Virus record (IMG/VR): IMGVR_UViG_3300032328_000531
Coordinates: 1-28,755 of that record
Direction: 5' to 3' (one strand)
From: a virus
Lineage: Duplodnaviria > Caudoviricetes
Length of the DNA: 28,755 nt
The notes beneath the pieces were generated by a model. The model did not search any database, was not told the origin of the DNA, and saw nothing but the letters and a program-made list of their open reading frames with translations. Both the position numbers and the translations under genes were made by a program. Positions 10,901 to 17,591 of the stretch are shown in pieces; position 1 is the stretch's first letter; the number at the start of each line of letters is the position of its first letter.

Positions 10901-12433
10901 GAAGGTGTTAAGACATCTATGCCTGACCTAGTACGTATGATGGGCGCACCGGCTTCGTTGTTAAGGAAGTTTATTACCCGCAATCCAGCATATGCTTTAC
11001 GTCAGGTTGTGCGAGATTCTTTAGCCGCTACGATGACTAGCGGATCCAATGCAGCGCCATTGTTGGGCGCTTTTAAAGAATTAGGTTCGATGGTGCGTGG
11101 TAAAAATGAAGGCGAGTTTTTGTTGCAGAAACGTGGTATTTTGGGTGGGCAAGTAATGACCGGCAGTTCTGAAGACATGCGTCAAATTATGCTTCAGATT
11201 TCTAGTGGTAAACCCGGATGGAATATGGCGTTAGCTAAGTTAGATCAGCTAGCCATAAAAGGCGATGCGGCAACTCGTGTAACTATGTACAACAGTTTTA
11301 TCCGTCAAGGTTTGTCGGAGATGGAAGCCACGCTAGCAACGCTAGAGTCTATGAACTTTAGTAAACGTGGTATATCCCCAAGCGTATTCTTAGCAAATCA
11401 GCTTATCCCATTCTTTAATGCACAGGTACAAGGTCTTGACGTCATGTATAGGGCGTTTACAGGCAAGATGCCATTTAGCGAAAAGTTAAAGATTAAAGAG
11501 AAATTAATTAAACGTGGTTTGATGATGGCAGGGTTTACCCTAGCCTACGCTGCATTAATGCAGGATGACGAGGCATATCAAAATGCCAACGAGGATGAGA
11601 AGTACGCTAACTGGTTTGTCAGAATACCCGGGATGGAAGAACCTTTCAAAGTGCCTATCCCATTTGAATTAGGTTTGATCTTTAAGGCAATACCTGAAGC
11701 TATTCTAAACACCGCTTTTGGCGATGCTCAGCTAAAAGACACAGGTAAAGCAATTGGTAATATGGTTTGGCAGTCCGTGCCTGGAAGCTATCCTGCGGCT
11801 ATTAAACCGCTTATCGAGGTTTACATGAACAAGTCGTTCTTTACAGGGCGCCCAATCGAATCCGAAAGACTTCAGCAGTTTGAAGCAAGTGAACGCTATA
11901 ACGACCGCACAACAGAAGTTGCCAAGTTGTTAGGCAAAGCCACAGGCGTAGTTGGTTTGTCGCCAGTTAAGTTGGAGTATTTGCTACGTGGTTACACAGG
12001 TGCGTTGCCATTAGGCGTGGTTTCGTTATCTAATCCTGTATTACGTAGCGGAGAAGCCGGAGAAATGCCTACAACAAGACCAAGTGAGTTGCCTTTGGTT
12101 GGCACCTTGTTCCAGCCTAAAGATGCGTCAGGCTTAATTAACAAAGCCTATAACGAGGTTGATGAGGTTGTTAAGAAGAAAGAAACCTACAATAAGATGA
12201 TTGAAGAAGGTCGTCAGGAAGAAGCAGATCAGTTTTATGATGCCAACGCTGACATCATTGGTATGGCTTCTTTAGCGGGTAGTTTCCGTCAACGCATGGG
12301 TGTTTTAACTAAACAAGAGCGTGAGATACGTGCTGACAATACCCTATCTGGTGCTGAGAAACGTGCAGAGTTAGAGAAGATTAAACAAGATAAGATTGAT
12401 TTGGCTAAAGACTTAATGCAGTCTCGTAAATAA
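4910..12433 (+). CDS. Giant internal virion / polyvalent protein (hydrophobic N-region, long coiled coil, zincin-like HExxxH motif, LPD38-like C-terminal domain)
   Basis: 2507-aa ORF. Gly/Ala hydrophobic helices at aa ~110-290 and E/K/A/Q-rich coiled coil at aa ~300-1400. AHELIGHIG at 9413-9439. C-terminal NWFVRIPG..FKVPIPFELGLIF...PLIEVYMNKSFFTGRPI resembles LPD38. Confidence 0.8.
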   Translation: MAYLRLPDDSYFQIPEGSSPEQAYKLALDKYPDAFKPKAPKDTGFTGAAKSSFEQLKADFERLKGKTGVKDVEEAEKAAQQYEEKSKDIYQPTEKGWGEAPLLKFRELLGGSVPYMAAPIAVGGAAALGGAPVAVGTGLAGLASLGQFTGSNISRQVGTGKQLKDTDLLAAGAAAVPQAALDIISLRMVPGIGKIFGAAGKEITPEMAKKVAEQGILKTTGAYAIQSGKVAGIEGTTEAAQQLLERLQAGLNITDPQARDEYFDSFIGGVALGGTLAIPGTAIRRSQIKAKGQEFKRIEQEKLAAEQAAAEAEQKRLAEEEAFRKTQAETGQLFGEMPPEASALPGAPSTLTVAEREAAAATQQQDQLSKRAQLLKQADTFDVQRAAIEKQRDAAAEAGNYKKFRELDTQAKALDQSLTEIQTQLKELPQELTPEMEMAKLRGEQKKLIKQLQGLTGPSYDAKKADAITARLDELEAQISEVSPAASQMDLFDEAQIGAEQRAAVQQQKEQRAQEQEDFFAQTKGREVLDEDLMKQYQEGLQDLEDAYAAGASERIINQIIEKINGLKLSAEQSEEKVAKTERLKRAIEEQKILYNESKTDEEKATALANIGALEKRLATATVETSETPETVKARATTQQRTAHDSLFDIVDAARNNEEISPNAANIITSSYASGVVDELNAVRQTANQEQLTDSEALQVGIQLKKIIDRAIANKDPSILFKENEATPTIFENRVSAIKDKYLQGKQLKTQVTKPFFDAKQRDTAQMLRDALGGKERDAVDAAQKKVDAAQAKVNDVKEQAKKRKEKGLVLAPYYLNEANANLRDAKKELKDAKDALAAFEPDQKRIAELKNAVGADKVKDIETELKKAKQEEIDMERYAPSGISPDQKQLFGEKELEPVATVRATPANFMKFVNIQKQKFETAKKIAEDAIKKPMQKVKILFGEKYAAEFKELENVRLQIENENKKLAPELYTPSEADTKRYSKAFITARIEKAKNIREKHFANIKNLEDRQKEILEKLRGTEITEPVETLASKVAAQRQFVFEVIKADELAGNLRENATQLWQARGKIVKAIKEAKADKLPKKVAQYTEALKKLDAQAPQIKEAIDSLHARANELLNANLKAEKAILKGLEKKLADSQKGTPASIKYKQEAEKARADIAKLEGNQEKNLERQAKQKRELEEKQAAALKALPTTRQEIVETTAVLPGGKEAIKQKRIIKREAPKTAEEKNLEVVAKAKEGAAERVADKKAIVERLEKGLSGDLATAKSNITFFEKRLQTIEAQSTKDQKTLATLNTALNNAKTETGKQHWQEQINAVNKSVEAKQLGKTIDSLKSAIKTLKEKGVSIERGMTTIAAQPPRAERKKPLKVKKVNVTKQGEEAVLYVKKQTIDYEQEARDAGVSFDDYQFVQQGLAFGFKPRADGEVGAGVTRADVDKVLKDTNIPKGLDVIVLDTLPDTLKNLIEAQGVKSNLTKAGVMANGKVFIVVDRHKDIKDVKKSVAHELIGHIGVEGLLGEKGMADLVKKVSDQKGGVWDLAKKLGVLEDAEAAFLAAAKAGKNREESLAAAVKEMIAHTEEARFDKNLLQTAKAFIEALVGLVRSALRKVKLDLDISTGDIYKLLKDARRDFNAVAPGAYVNKDGDILFRNKADFNDKFEGLSGDIDKIVAKQKDWSDTVKAASNGLLFRTKYIDRFAPLEAIATKIKDSLQATQLMYFLRMHDQRLNWTAEIASNGPLNIVDKKRADGRVEKIIESKEGVSLKKIAEVLGNADVGNPEATNRLFTFYLAAMRAKRVGLEKLNFGKDVTPELLAKVMKQVDASPATKNAFEQARELYNDYNDGLINFAVKTGAISKDLGQQLLKTRDYVPFYRADPNGDINLEIGGAPVIRIGSLKDQPYLHELVGGDTAIMDFFTSALQNTNLLTDMALRNLATRNVAFSLNELGLLKPISDKIKTGIRKGQGAATPQTIRFKIDGEDHNAIVDTDTAGVPAELLVKGMEGVKTSMPDLVRMMGAPASLLRKFITRNPAYALRQVVRDSLAATMTSGSNAAPLLGAFKELGSMVRGKNEGEFLLQKRGILGGQVMTGSSEDMRQIMLQISSGKPGWNMALAKLDQLAIKGDAATRVTMYNSFIRQGLSEMEATLATLESMNFSKRGISPSVFLANQLIPFFNAQVQGLDVMYRAFTGKMPFSEKLKIKEKLIKRGLMMAGFTLAYAALMQDDEAYQNANEDEKYANWFVRIPGMEEPFKVPIPFELGLIFKAIPEAILNTAFGDAQLKDTGKAIGNMVWQSVPGSYPAAIKPLIEVYMNKSFFTGRPIESERLQQFEASERYNDRTTEVAKLLGKATGVVGLSPVKLEYLLRGYTGALPLGVVSLSNPVLRSGEAGEMPTTRPSELPLVGTLFQPKDASGLINKAYNEVDEVVKKKETYNKMIEEGRQEEADQFYDANADIIGMASLAGSFRQRMGVLTKQEREIRADNTLSGAEKRAELEKIKQDKIDLAKDLMQSRK

Positions 12434-12604
12434 AACGCCAAGCTTTCCTTGCGCAATAACGAACTGCGCTTTGGCTTTTACCTTGTGATAGACGGCGGCT
12501 TTCAGTCCTGCTTCTCGGGTTTCTTTTAAGTTTAGGCTAGGCACAAAAAAAGTTCCCTTGGGAGGAAGAGTCTCCCAAGGATAATAAACCTTAACTTTCT
12601 TCAT
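12413..12604 (-). CDS. Small hypothetical phage protein
   Basis: 63 aa (YPWETL...FFVPSL). Overlaps the end of the primase gene and is the last gene of the - strand block. Confidence 0.7.
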   Translation of the reverse strand: MKKVKVYYPWETLPPKGTFFVPSLNLKETREAGLKAAVYHKVKAKAQFVIAQGKLGVLFTRLH

Positions 12605-15467
12605 CTTTAGCGTCGGCTCGACGGCTAATTTTCATTACGTTAACTCGCATAGCTGGACCCCGAGTTTTGTACAAGATGTTCTTCTTTTCTAGATACTCAA
12701 TCTTATAGTCTTTCAAGGCTTCCATTTGTTTCTTAAAGTTAGAGTAACCAAAACTCATGGATACACAATGCGATCTAAGTTGCGCCTCTTCTATGTAGTA
12801 GTCAATCCAGCCGGGGGTTATATCGTGGTCAACCCTTCCGGCAACTTCTGACCTAGTTAGCGACTGATCTACCACACCACCACTACCAAGCATGGCTTCA
12901 AGATTGCCGTTAACGACTTTCACAATAACAAACTTGCCGTAGTTCTCTCGTGTGTAAGCGTTTAGGATGTCTTCAGCAGAACGACGAGCGCCAAATATAA
13001 TTACCCTAGCCCTCTGAACCATTCCACGCAGGACTTCAATAACAGGCTTAACTGGTATATCAATAACATTGGAATACTTAGAACCAAGAAGAATGACAGT
13101 AGAAATAATACAAGCGTTACCCGCAGACCAAAATCGCTCGTCATCGGTGGATTCAAGTTCTTTCTTAAGCATCGTATGCGTTTTCTTGTAAACATCAATT
13201 GCTACCTCCCTATTTTGGACTAACCAACGTATGTATCTATCGCCTGCTATGCCGTAATTCTCTTTCAACTTATCAAGGATAGCGGACTCTTCTTCACTCC
13301 ATTCCAATTTAACTGTGGGGCATTCCTCTAAAATACGCAACATTTCCGCTTGAGAAGCGTGCTTACGCATACCGCCCAAGAAGTCAAAGACGTGTGTGTT
13401 AGAGGACAAAAGCGCAATAGATTTCCAATTCAGTACGTTAAGGCGTTCTTTGTTGGCGTTGGCTTCCATACGCTCTTTGCCTTTACCTTGAGACTGATCT
13501 AGCAAGAAGATAGGCAACCACTCGAAGTCGCCTCGGTTCTTGGCGGTAATCTCATCGGTTATTAGGGGCAGACTACCTAGCATACCTTGGCGCTGTTGCA
13601 AAGCAACTGCTGATGTCGCCTGACCTACCCTGTATTTCTCAGGCTTGCCGAAGAAACTTTCTGCAATAGATAAGGCAAGTGATTTACCCGCACCCGAAGT
13701 ATCTGAACCCAAGTGGTATGTCATACCGCTAAATCCTGAGAACTCCATTAGCAACGATGCAGGACCTGCCAGACTTATGGTAAGTAGATTCCAAATGTCT
13801 CGTCTGACAAACAGGTTAATAACTTCCCGCCATTCTTCAATGCTGCCTGCTGGTTTGGTGTGCTGATTGACGTTTTCAAGTCCGGGGGTGGGGACAAACA
13901 CTCTTTTGCCGTTGGGCTGGTATATACAACTGTTATATACAAAAGCGTTGTCGTCTTGCCATCCGCAATTATTGGGAACTTTAATAGCCCTTTTGTTGGC
14001 GCTAGCCTGCTCTACGCAACCACGCACATACTCAAACAAGTTCTTGTCGTTGCCTGATCCGAATGTAGCAATGATGTTTTGGCTAGCCAAGGCTTTAACA
14101 GTCTCGTCTTTACTAACCACCGCCTTTTGGGGGAAGATAACATCGACTGCACCTTCGGGGCGAAAAGCTACCATGTGAACGCTATGCTCGCCGTTTCTAT
14201 TCAGGATGTCTACGGCAAACAAATCGTATGGCAATAGCATAACTTGTTTGCGTGCCTTTTTACCATCGTCGTCTTCTAACAACTTATCCATATAGACGCC
14301 ACCATTAGCACCATAACTAAAGCCCTTGGGTGGAACCGGTTTGGTAACTGTTGGCTTTTCTTCTTGGACATCTACAATCTCAGTTTCTTCCGGCTTAGTT
14401 TGTATCCGATCGATTACAACTTCTTTTTCGGTGTTGTCAGTCTTTAATTCTTTACCCCACACTAGCGGGTTTGTAATCTTGCCAAAGTGTGGGCAACTTG
14501 TGCAGATGCCGGGGTTCACTTCATCTAGCTTTAGGCAGGGGCTTGGACCTTTTGTACTGTTCCACTTAGCATTTATTCGGGCTTCATCATAGGGGTGCAT
14601 AGCACCAAGACGCATCGCAGCTTCGTGTCCGTCATCGCAACGTTTAGCCCATGAAACTATATTGAAGAACAAAGGCTCCATGCCGTCTTTGCTTGCGTTG
14701 TTTTTGTAATGCTCAAGCTGTCCGCATTGTTTTGTTTCTTCGATTTTGCTAAAAAACGTAGACGAGTTTTCTATTAATTTGACACTGGTCGTTCCTGTTT
14801 CTTTAGGACGCTTGCCGGGTATCAAAAGGGCGGTTTCTTCATAGCTTGTGGTTAGCCTGTCTTTAAGAATGGCGTTGATCTTATCAAGATCAAATACCCC
14901 ACCTACTACTTTAATCTTAACTGGACGTGGTTTCTCTTCTTTATAGTTGTTAGTATCAGGAACCCGTAAAACCCTCGCAGAGTCGCCGGTCACATTAAAG
15001 TCAATCTTGAAGCCTTCTTGCTTGCAAAGACGCTTTAAGTTCTCTGCAACAGGTTTCCAAACCTCTATATCAACTTCTTCTGTAAGCGCCCAATACACAT
15101 GTAAACCACCCCCACTAGATAGGATGTAAGGGGTTCCGAGGTCGTCTAACGAAGTGTTGGACAAAAAAGTATCCAGCGCCGCCGCAGCTTCGTTCTTAGT
15201 AGCATAATCCTTTCCTTCGCCACAATCAATATCTAAAAATAAGGACTTGATTTTAAGGGCATTATCCGCCACCCTCTTGCCTTTTTCCTTAAATGTTGCT
15301 AGGGCGTAGAAAGCATTGTGGTTGTTATTGCTAAATTGTATTGCTTTACTATACAAGTCCTCAATCGTGTCAACGAAGACATGTTCTTTTTTTGCTGTAC
15401 TAAGCTCACAGGCACAATAAAAACCTGAAGAGGGTAGTACAGTCGCTAGGAATTCCTGCGACTTCAT
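12591..15467 (-). CDS. DNA primase-helicase: N-terminal AEP (RepB'-like) primase, Cys-rich linker, DUF927/Cch-like helicase
   Basis: AEP motifs LFLDID, SSGGGLHVYW and ARVLRVP. Cys cluster PCLKL..CTSCPH, Walker A-like SGAGKS and Walker B-like ITDE. GGAG RBS upstream. Confidence 0.88.
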   Translation of the reverse strand: MKSQEFLATVLPSSGFYCACELSTAKKEHVFVDTIEDLYSKAIQFSNNNHNAFYALATFKEKGKRVADNALKIKSLFLDIDCGEGKDYATKNEAAAALDTFLSNTSLDDLGTPYILSSGGGLHVYWALTEEVDIEVWKPVAENLKRLCKQEGFKIDFNVTGDSARVLRVPDTNNYKEEKPRPVKIKVVGGVFDLDKINAILKDRLTTSYEETALLIPGKRPKETGTTSVKLIENSSTFFSKIEETKQCGQLEHYKNNASKDGMEPLFFNIVSWAKRCDDGHEAAMRLGAMHPYDEARINAKWNSTKGPSPCLKLDEVNPGICTSCPHFGKITNPLVWGKELKTDNTEKEVVIDRIQTKPEETEIVDVQEEKPTVTKPVPPKGFSYGANGGVYMDKLLEDDDGKKARKQVMLLPYDLFAVDILNRNGEHSVHMVAFRPEGAVDVIFPQKAVVSKDETVKALASQNIIATFGSGNDKNLFEYVRGCVEQASANKRAIKVPNNCGWQDDNAFVYNSCIYQPNGKRVFVPTPGLENVNQHTKPAGSIEEWREVINLFVRRDIWNLLTISLAGPASLLMEFSGFSGMTYHLGSDTSGAGKSLALSIAESFFGKPEKYRVGQATSAVALQQRQGMLGSLPLITDEITAKNRGDFEWLPIFLLDQSQGKGKERMEANANKERLNVLNWKSIALLSSNTHVFDFLGGMRKHASQAEMLRILEECPTVKLEWSEEESAILDKLKENYGIAGDRYIRWLVQNREVAIDVYKKTHTMLKKELESTDDERFWSAGNACIISTVILLGSKYSNVIDIPVKPVIEVLRGMVQRARVIIFGARRSAEDILNAYTRENYGKFVIVKVVNGNLEAMLGSGGVVDQSLTRSEVAGRVDHDITPGWIDYYIEEAQLRSHCVSMSFGYSNFKKQMEALKDYKIEYLEKKNILYKTRGPAMRVNVMKISRRADAKDEES

Positions 15468-15482
15468 TTAACTCTCCAAGTT

Positions 15483-15644
15483 TTAATAAGTTTTTAAACG
15501 TTGTTGCAATCTTGCCAATACTTCTTGCTGAAAACTTATCGGCATGGTTCCTGCGTTATTTAAGTGACGTTCTGCAAAATCAGCTAACTCTCGGTCAGTC
15601 AAAATCCTAGGATTCATTTGAGTGTCTATTTTATTTTCAAGCAT
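15483..15644 (-). CDS. Small hypothetical protein (start probably 15644 or 15617 rather than 15674)
   Basis: Fills the gap between the HTH and primase genes. A GAGG precedes the ATG at 15644. Confidence 0.6.
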   Translation of the reverse strand: MLENKIDTQMNPRILTDRELADFAERHLNNAGTMPISFQQEVLARLQQRLKTY

Positions 15645-15892
15645 TTTCTCATCGCCTCTTCTGCGGTATTGCATGTTTGTAGTATGTCAAGCAGTTGCTT
15701 AACTCGTTCTCTGTATGCGGGTGATACTTCAGCGCCACCAAACCAGTTATAAATCGACTGACGAGTTGCGCCTGTAAAGTTTGCTATATGTATTACCGGA
15801 TAGTCTAAATGGACTGCCCATCTCCCTAATTGATTGCCAAGCGTCTTTGGCGCTTTAGCGGTTGTTAATTTTATTTTGTCTGAATAAGGCAT
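15626..15892 (-). CDS. Helix-turn-helix DNA-binding protein (Cro/XRE-like)
   Basis: VIHIANFTGATRQSIYNWFGG is a typical HTH recognition segment. Confidence 0.8.
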   Translation of the reverse strand: MPYSDKIKLTTAKAPKTLGNQLGRWAVHLDYPVIHIANFTGATRQSIYNWFGGAEVSPAYRERVKQLLDILQTCNTAEEAMRKCLKIK

Positions 15893-15910
15893 TATGTTCT
15901 CGTTAAATAA

Positions 15911-15974
15911 GGGGGGTACTCATGGTTATAAGCGGGTAAGCCTACATGCCAGCGCTCGGCGCACCACTTTCCCC
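15911..15974 (-). ncRNA. Putative structured RNA element (three-way junction closed by a stem with a loop-E/sarcin-ricin motif)
   Basis: - strand reads GGG-GAA-A-GUGGU-[GCGC CGA GCGC]-UGGCA-[UGUAGGC UUACCC GCUUAUA]-ACCAU-G-AGUA-CCC. Nearly the whole intergenic region pairs. Confidence 0.55.
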
Positions 15975-15981
15975 AAAACTA

Positions 15982-16854
15982 TTACTCGTCGTCAGTTTCC
16001 CACTCGCCAATTACTTCGGCTAGCTTACCGGTTTTCTTAGCCGGTACTGCGTTGGGTTTAACTGCGGGTTTGCGTTTTTCAGGCTCGTCAACTTCCTCTT
16101 CAGCTTGCGCCTTGGGTGCGGCTAGTGCAGGCTTAGAGTCGCTCTTGGAAACGCTCATGGTGATAGCGTTCTTAGCTTCAGGAGTTTTCCCTTTCTTACT
16201 ACAGACTTCGTACTCGTCGTCAGTCAACCAACGCACAGGTTGGAAGAATAACTTGGGTACTGCCGCTTTAGTATCGAAGCGTAAACGAGTTACCAAAGTC
16301 TCAGGATTAATATTCTGAGCCGCTAAATAGCGTGCATACGCTTGTAATGGGCGCTTGTCGCCGTCTTCCTTACCAAAGATAGATGTTGCGGCTAGGGTTA
16401 ACTGCATTACGTCGCCTTCCATATCGTTAGCCAAAACAACTGCTAAACGCTGACTAAAACGGCATGCACGAGAATCACCTTGACCTGAACCCTTGGCATT
16501 TTGTGGGCAAGTAGCGCACGCATCAGCTTGAGGTTCTTCAATACTTGCATCAGGTTTATCGCCATCCGCAGACCAACAAGTAGGTGCAGAAGTTGCGCCT
16601 TCCTCATAAGTGCCGGCATAGAATGTACGACTAATTTTTGGTGCGGCTTGCACAATAACTACGTCAAGATGACGATCCTCAATAGCGGCTACTTCTTTAC
16701 CGCCGGCGATCAAACGGAATACACCGCCTTTCGTTGAGATGCGTTTTGTTGATGTGCCCACTCCACCGGCAAGGCTCTTAGCTAATGATGATAACTCTGC
16801 ACTTTTAGCAAAGGCTGGCAGTTTTGTGGGGTTAAATGTAGTGAGTTCTGTCAT
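15982..16854 (-). CDS. Putative single-stranded DNA-binding protein with Cys4 cluster
   Basis: Located in the replication block. Beta-rich core, C..CATC..C cluster, low-complexity linker and acidic/aromatic tail EWETDDE. AAGGA RBS. Confidence 0.6.
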   Translation of the reverse strand: MTELTTFNPTKLPAFAKSAELSSLAKSLAGGVGTSTKRISTKGGVFRLIAGGKEVAAIEDRHLDVVIVQAAPKISRTFYAGTYEEGATSAPTCWSADGDKPDASIEEPQADACATCPQNAKGSGQGDSRACRFSQRLAVVLANDMEGDVMQLTLAATSIFGKEDGDKRPLQAYARYLAAQNINPETLVTRLRFDTKAAVPKLFFQPVRWLTDDEYEVCSKKGKTPEAKNAITMSVSKSDSKPALAAPKAQAEEEVDEPEKRKPAVKPNAVPAKKTGKLAEVIGEWETDDE

Positions 16855-16867
16855 GTTAATTCCTTAT

Positions 16868-17104
16868 TTAGTTTGTGTTTAAATAGCGTGTTTTATATTC
16901 TGCGATGCCATCACGTAAGGCTTCCGCCATCTTATCTTCCGCCAAACCTAAAGACATAGCGTAATAACATACTATATTAAAACTGTTGGTTAACGCTTCT
17001 TCCATAGCAAAGCCTTCATTCTCATAAATTCTAGTTACGCTTTTTAAAACCCGGTTATGCTTTTCTTGCTCGGGATGTGCGGTAATTCGTTTTGCTTCTT
17101 GCAT
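16868..17104 (-). CDS. Hypothetical protein
   Basis: 78-aa ORF with AAGGA RBS that fills the gap between neighbouring genes. Confidence 0.7.
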   Translation of the reverse strand: MQEAKRITAHPEQEKHNRVLKSVTRIYENEGFAMEEALTNSFNIVCYYAMSLGLAEDKMAEALRDGIAEYKTRYLNTN

Positions 17105-17115
17105 TTTTCTTTTCC

Positions 17116-17514
17116 TTAAGTTGTAGGTTTTGTAACGGTTACGGTGTTTTCAGATAAAGAAGATAACCCCGCCGGAACCTTTCCGGGATTCTCTTCCAAA
17201 AATAAAGCCATGTTCTTCTGCGCAATACGATGCTCAAACAAATCTAGGGCGTCATTCTCAATAACAAAAGTCTTAAATGAATCCCAATCATCTGTGTAGT
17301 ATCTTGTCTTAGTAGATAGGGAAATATTGCCCCCTGCCGTCTTAACAGAATTAATTCCAAGTTGACGCATCTGATCTTTCATAGCGTTCTTGATTTCGCT
17401 TTTCTGCTCTTCAAGCTTATCTAACTGCTTCTGTATTTCTTGCGCTTTGAGGTATATCTTTCGATACACCCTTGCTAAAGTTTCTAGCGGTACTACTTCG
17501 TTTTCTTCTGACAT
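17116..17514 (-). CDS. Conserved-type phage protein, coiled-coil N-terminus (Mu Gam/Gp157-like architecture)
   Basis: N-terminal coiled coil, then SVKTAGGNISL, DWDSFKTFV and VPAGL. Strong AAAGGAG RBS. Confidence 0.6.
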   Translation of the reverse strand: MSEENEVVPLETLARVYRKIYLKAQEIQKQLDKLEEQKSEIKNAMKDQMRQLGINSVKTAGGNISLSTKTRYYTDDWDSFKTFVIENDALDLFEHRIAQKNMALFLEENPGKVPAGLSSLSENTVTVTKPTT

Positions 17515-17535
17515 CTGTTTCTCCTTTCAACGTCT

Positions 17536-17551
17536 TGTCAAAGACTTTACA
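17536..17551. promoter_or_regulatory. Putative operator, pseudo-palindrome TGTCAA-AGAC-TTTACA
   Basis: Intergenic, between a TATAGT -10-like hexamer (17569-17564, - strand) and the RBS. 12/16 identical to the site at 28606-28621. Confidence 0.5.
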
Positions 17552-17570
17552 ACAACAGCGACGACTATAC

Positions 17571-17586
17571 AACCCTAACTAGGGTT
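17571..17586. promoter_or_regulatory. Inverted repeat AACCCTA-ac-TAGGGTT upstream of a -10-like hexamer
   Basis: Perfect 7-bp arms with a 2-nt spacer (too short for an RNA hairpin loop), in intergenic DNA. Confidence 0.45.
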
Positions 17587-17591
17587 TTTAC

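Noticed and set aside
4945-10983. Multiple - strand ORFs of 64-209 aa inside the giant gene
   Set aside because: They are antisense shadows enriched in S/F/L/A, as expected opposite E/K/A-rich coding sequence.
15911-15974. tRNA or simple rho-independent terminator
   Set aside because: It lacks T-loop/D-loop consensus and a 7-nt anticodon loop. The branched fold with an internal loop is more complex than a terminator hairpin, although a weak U-rich tail follows.
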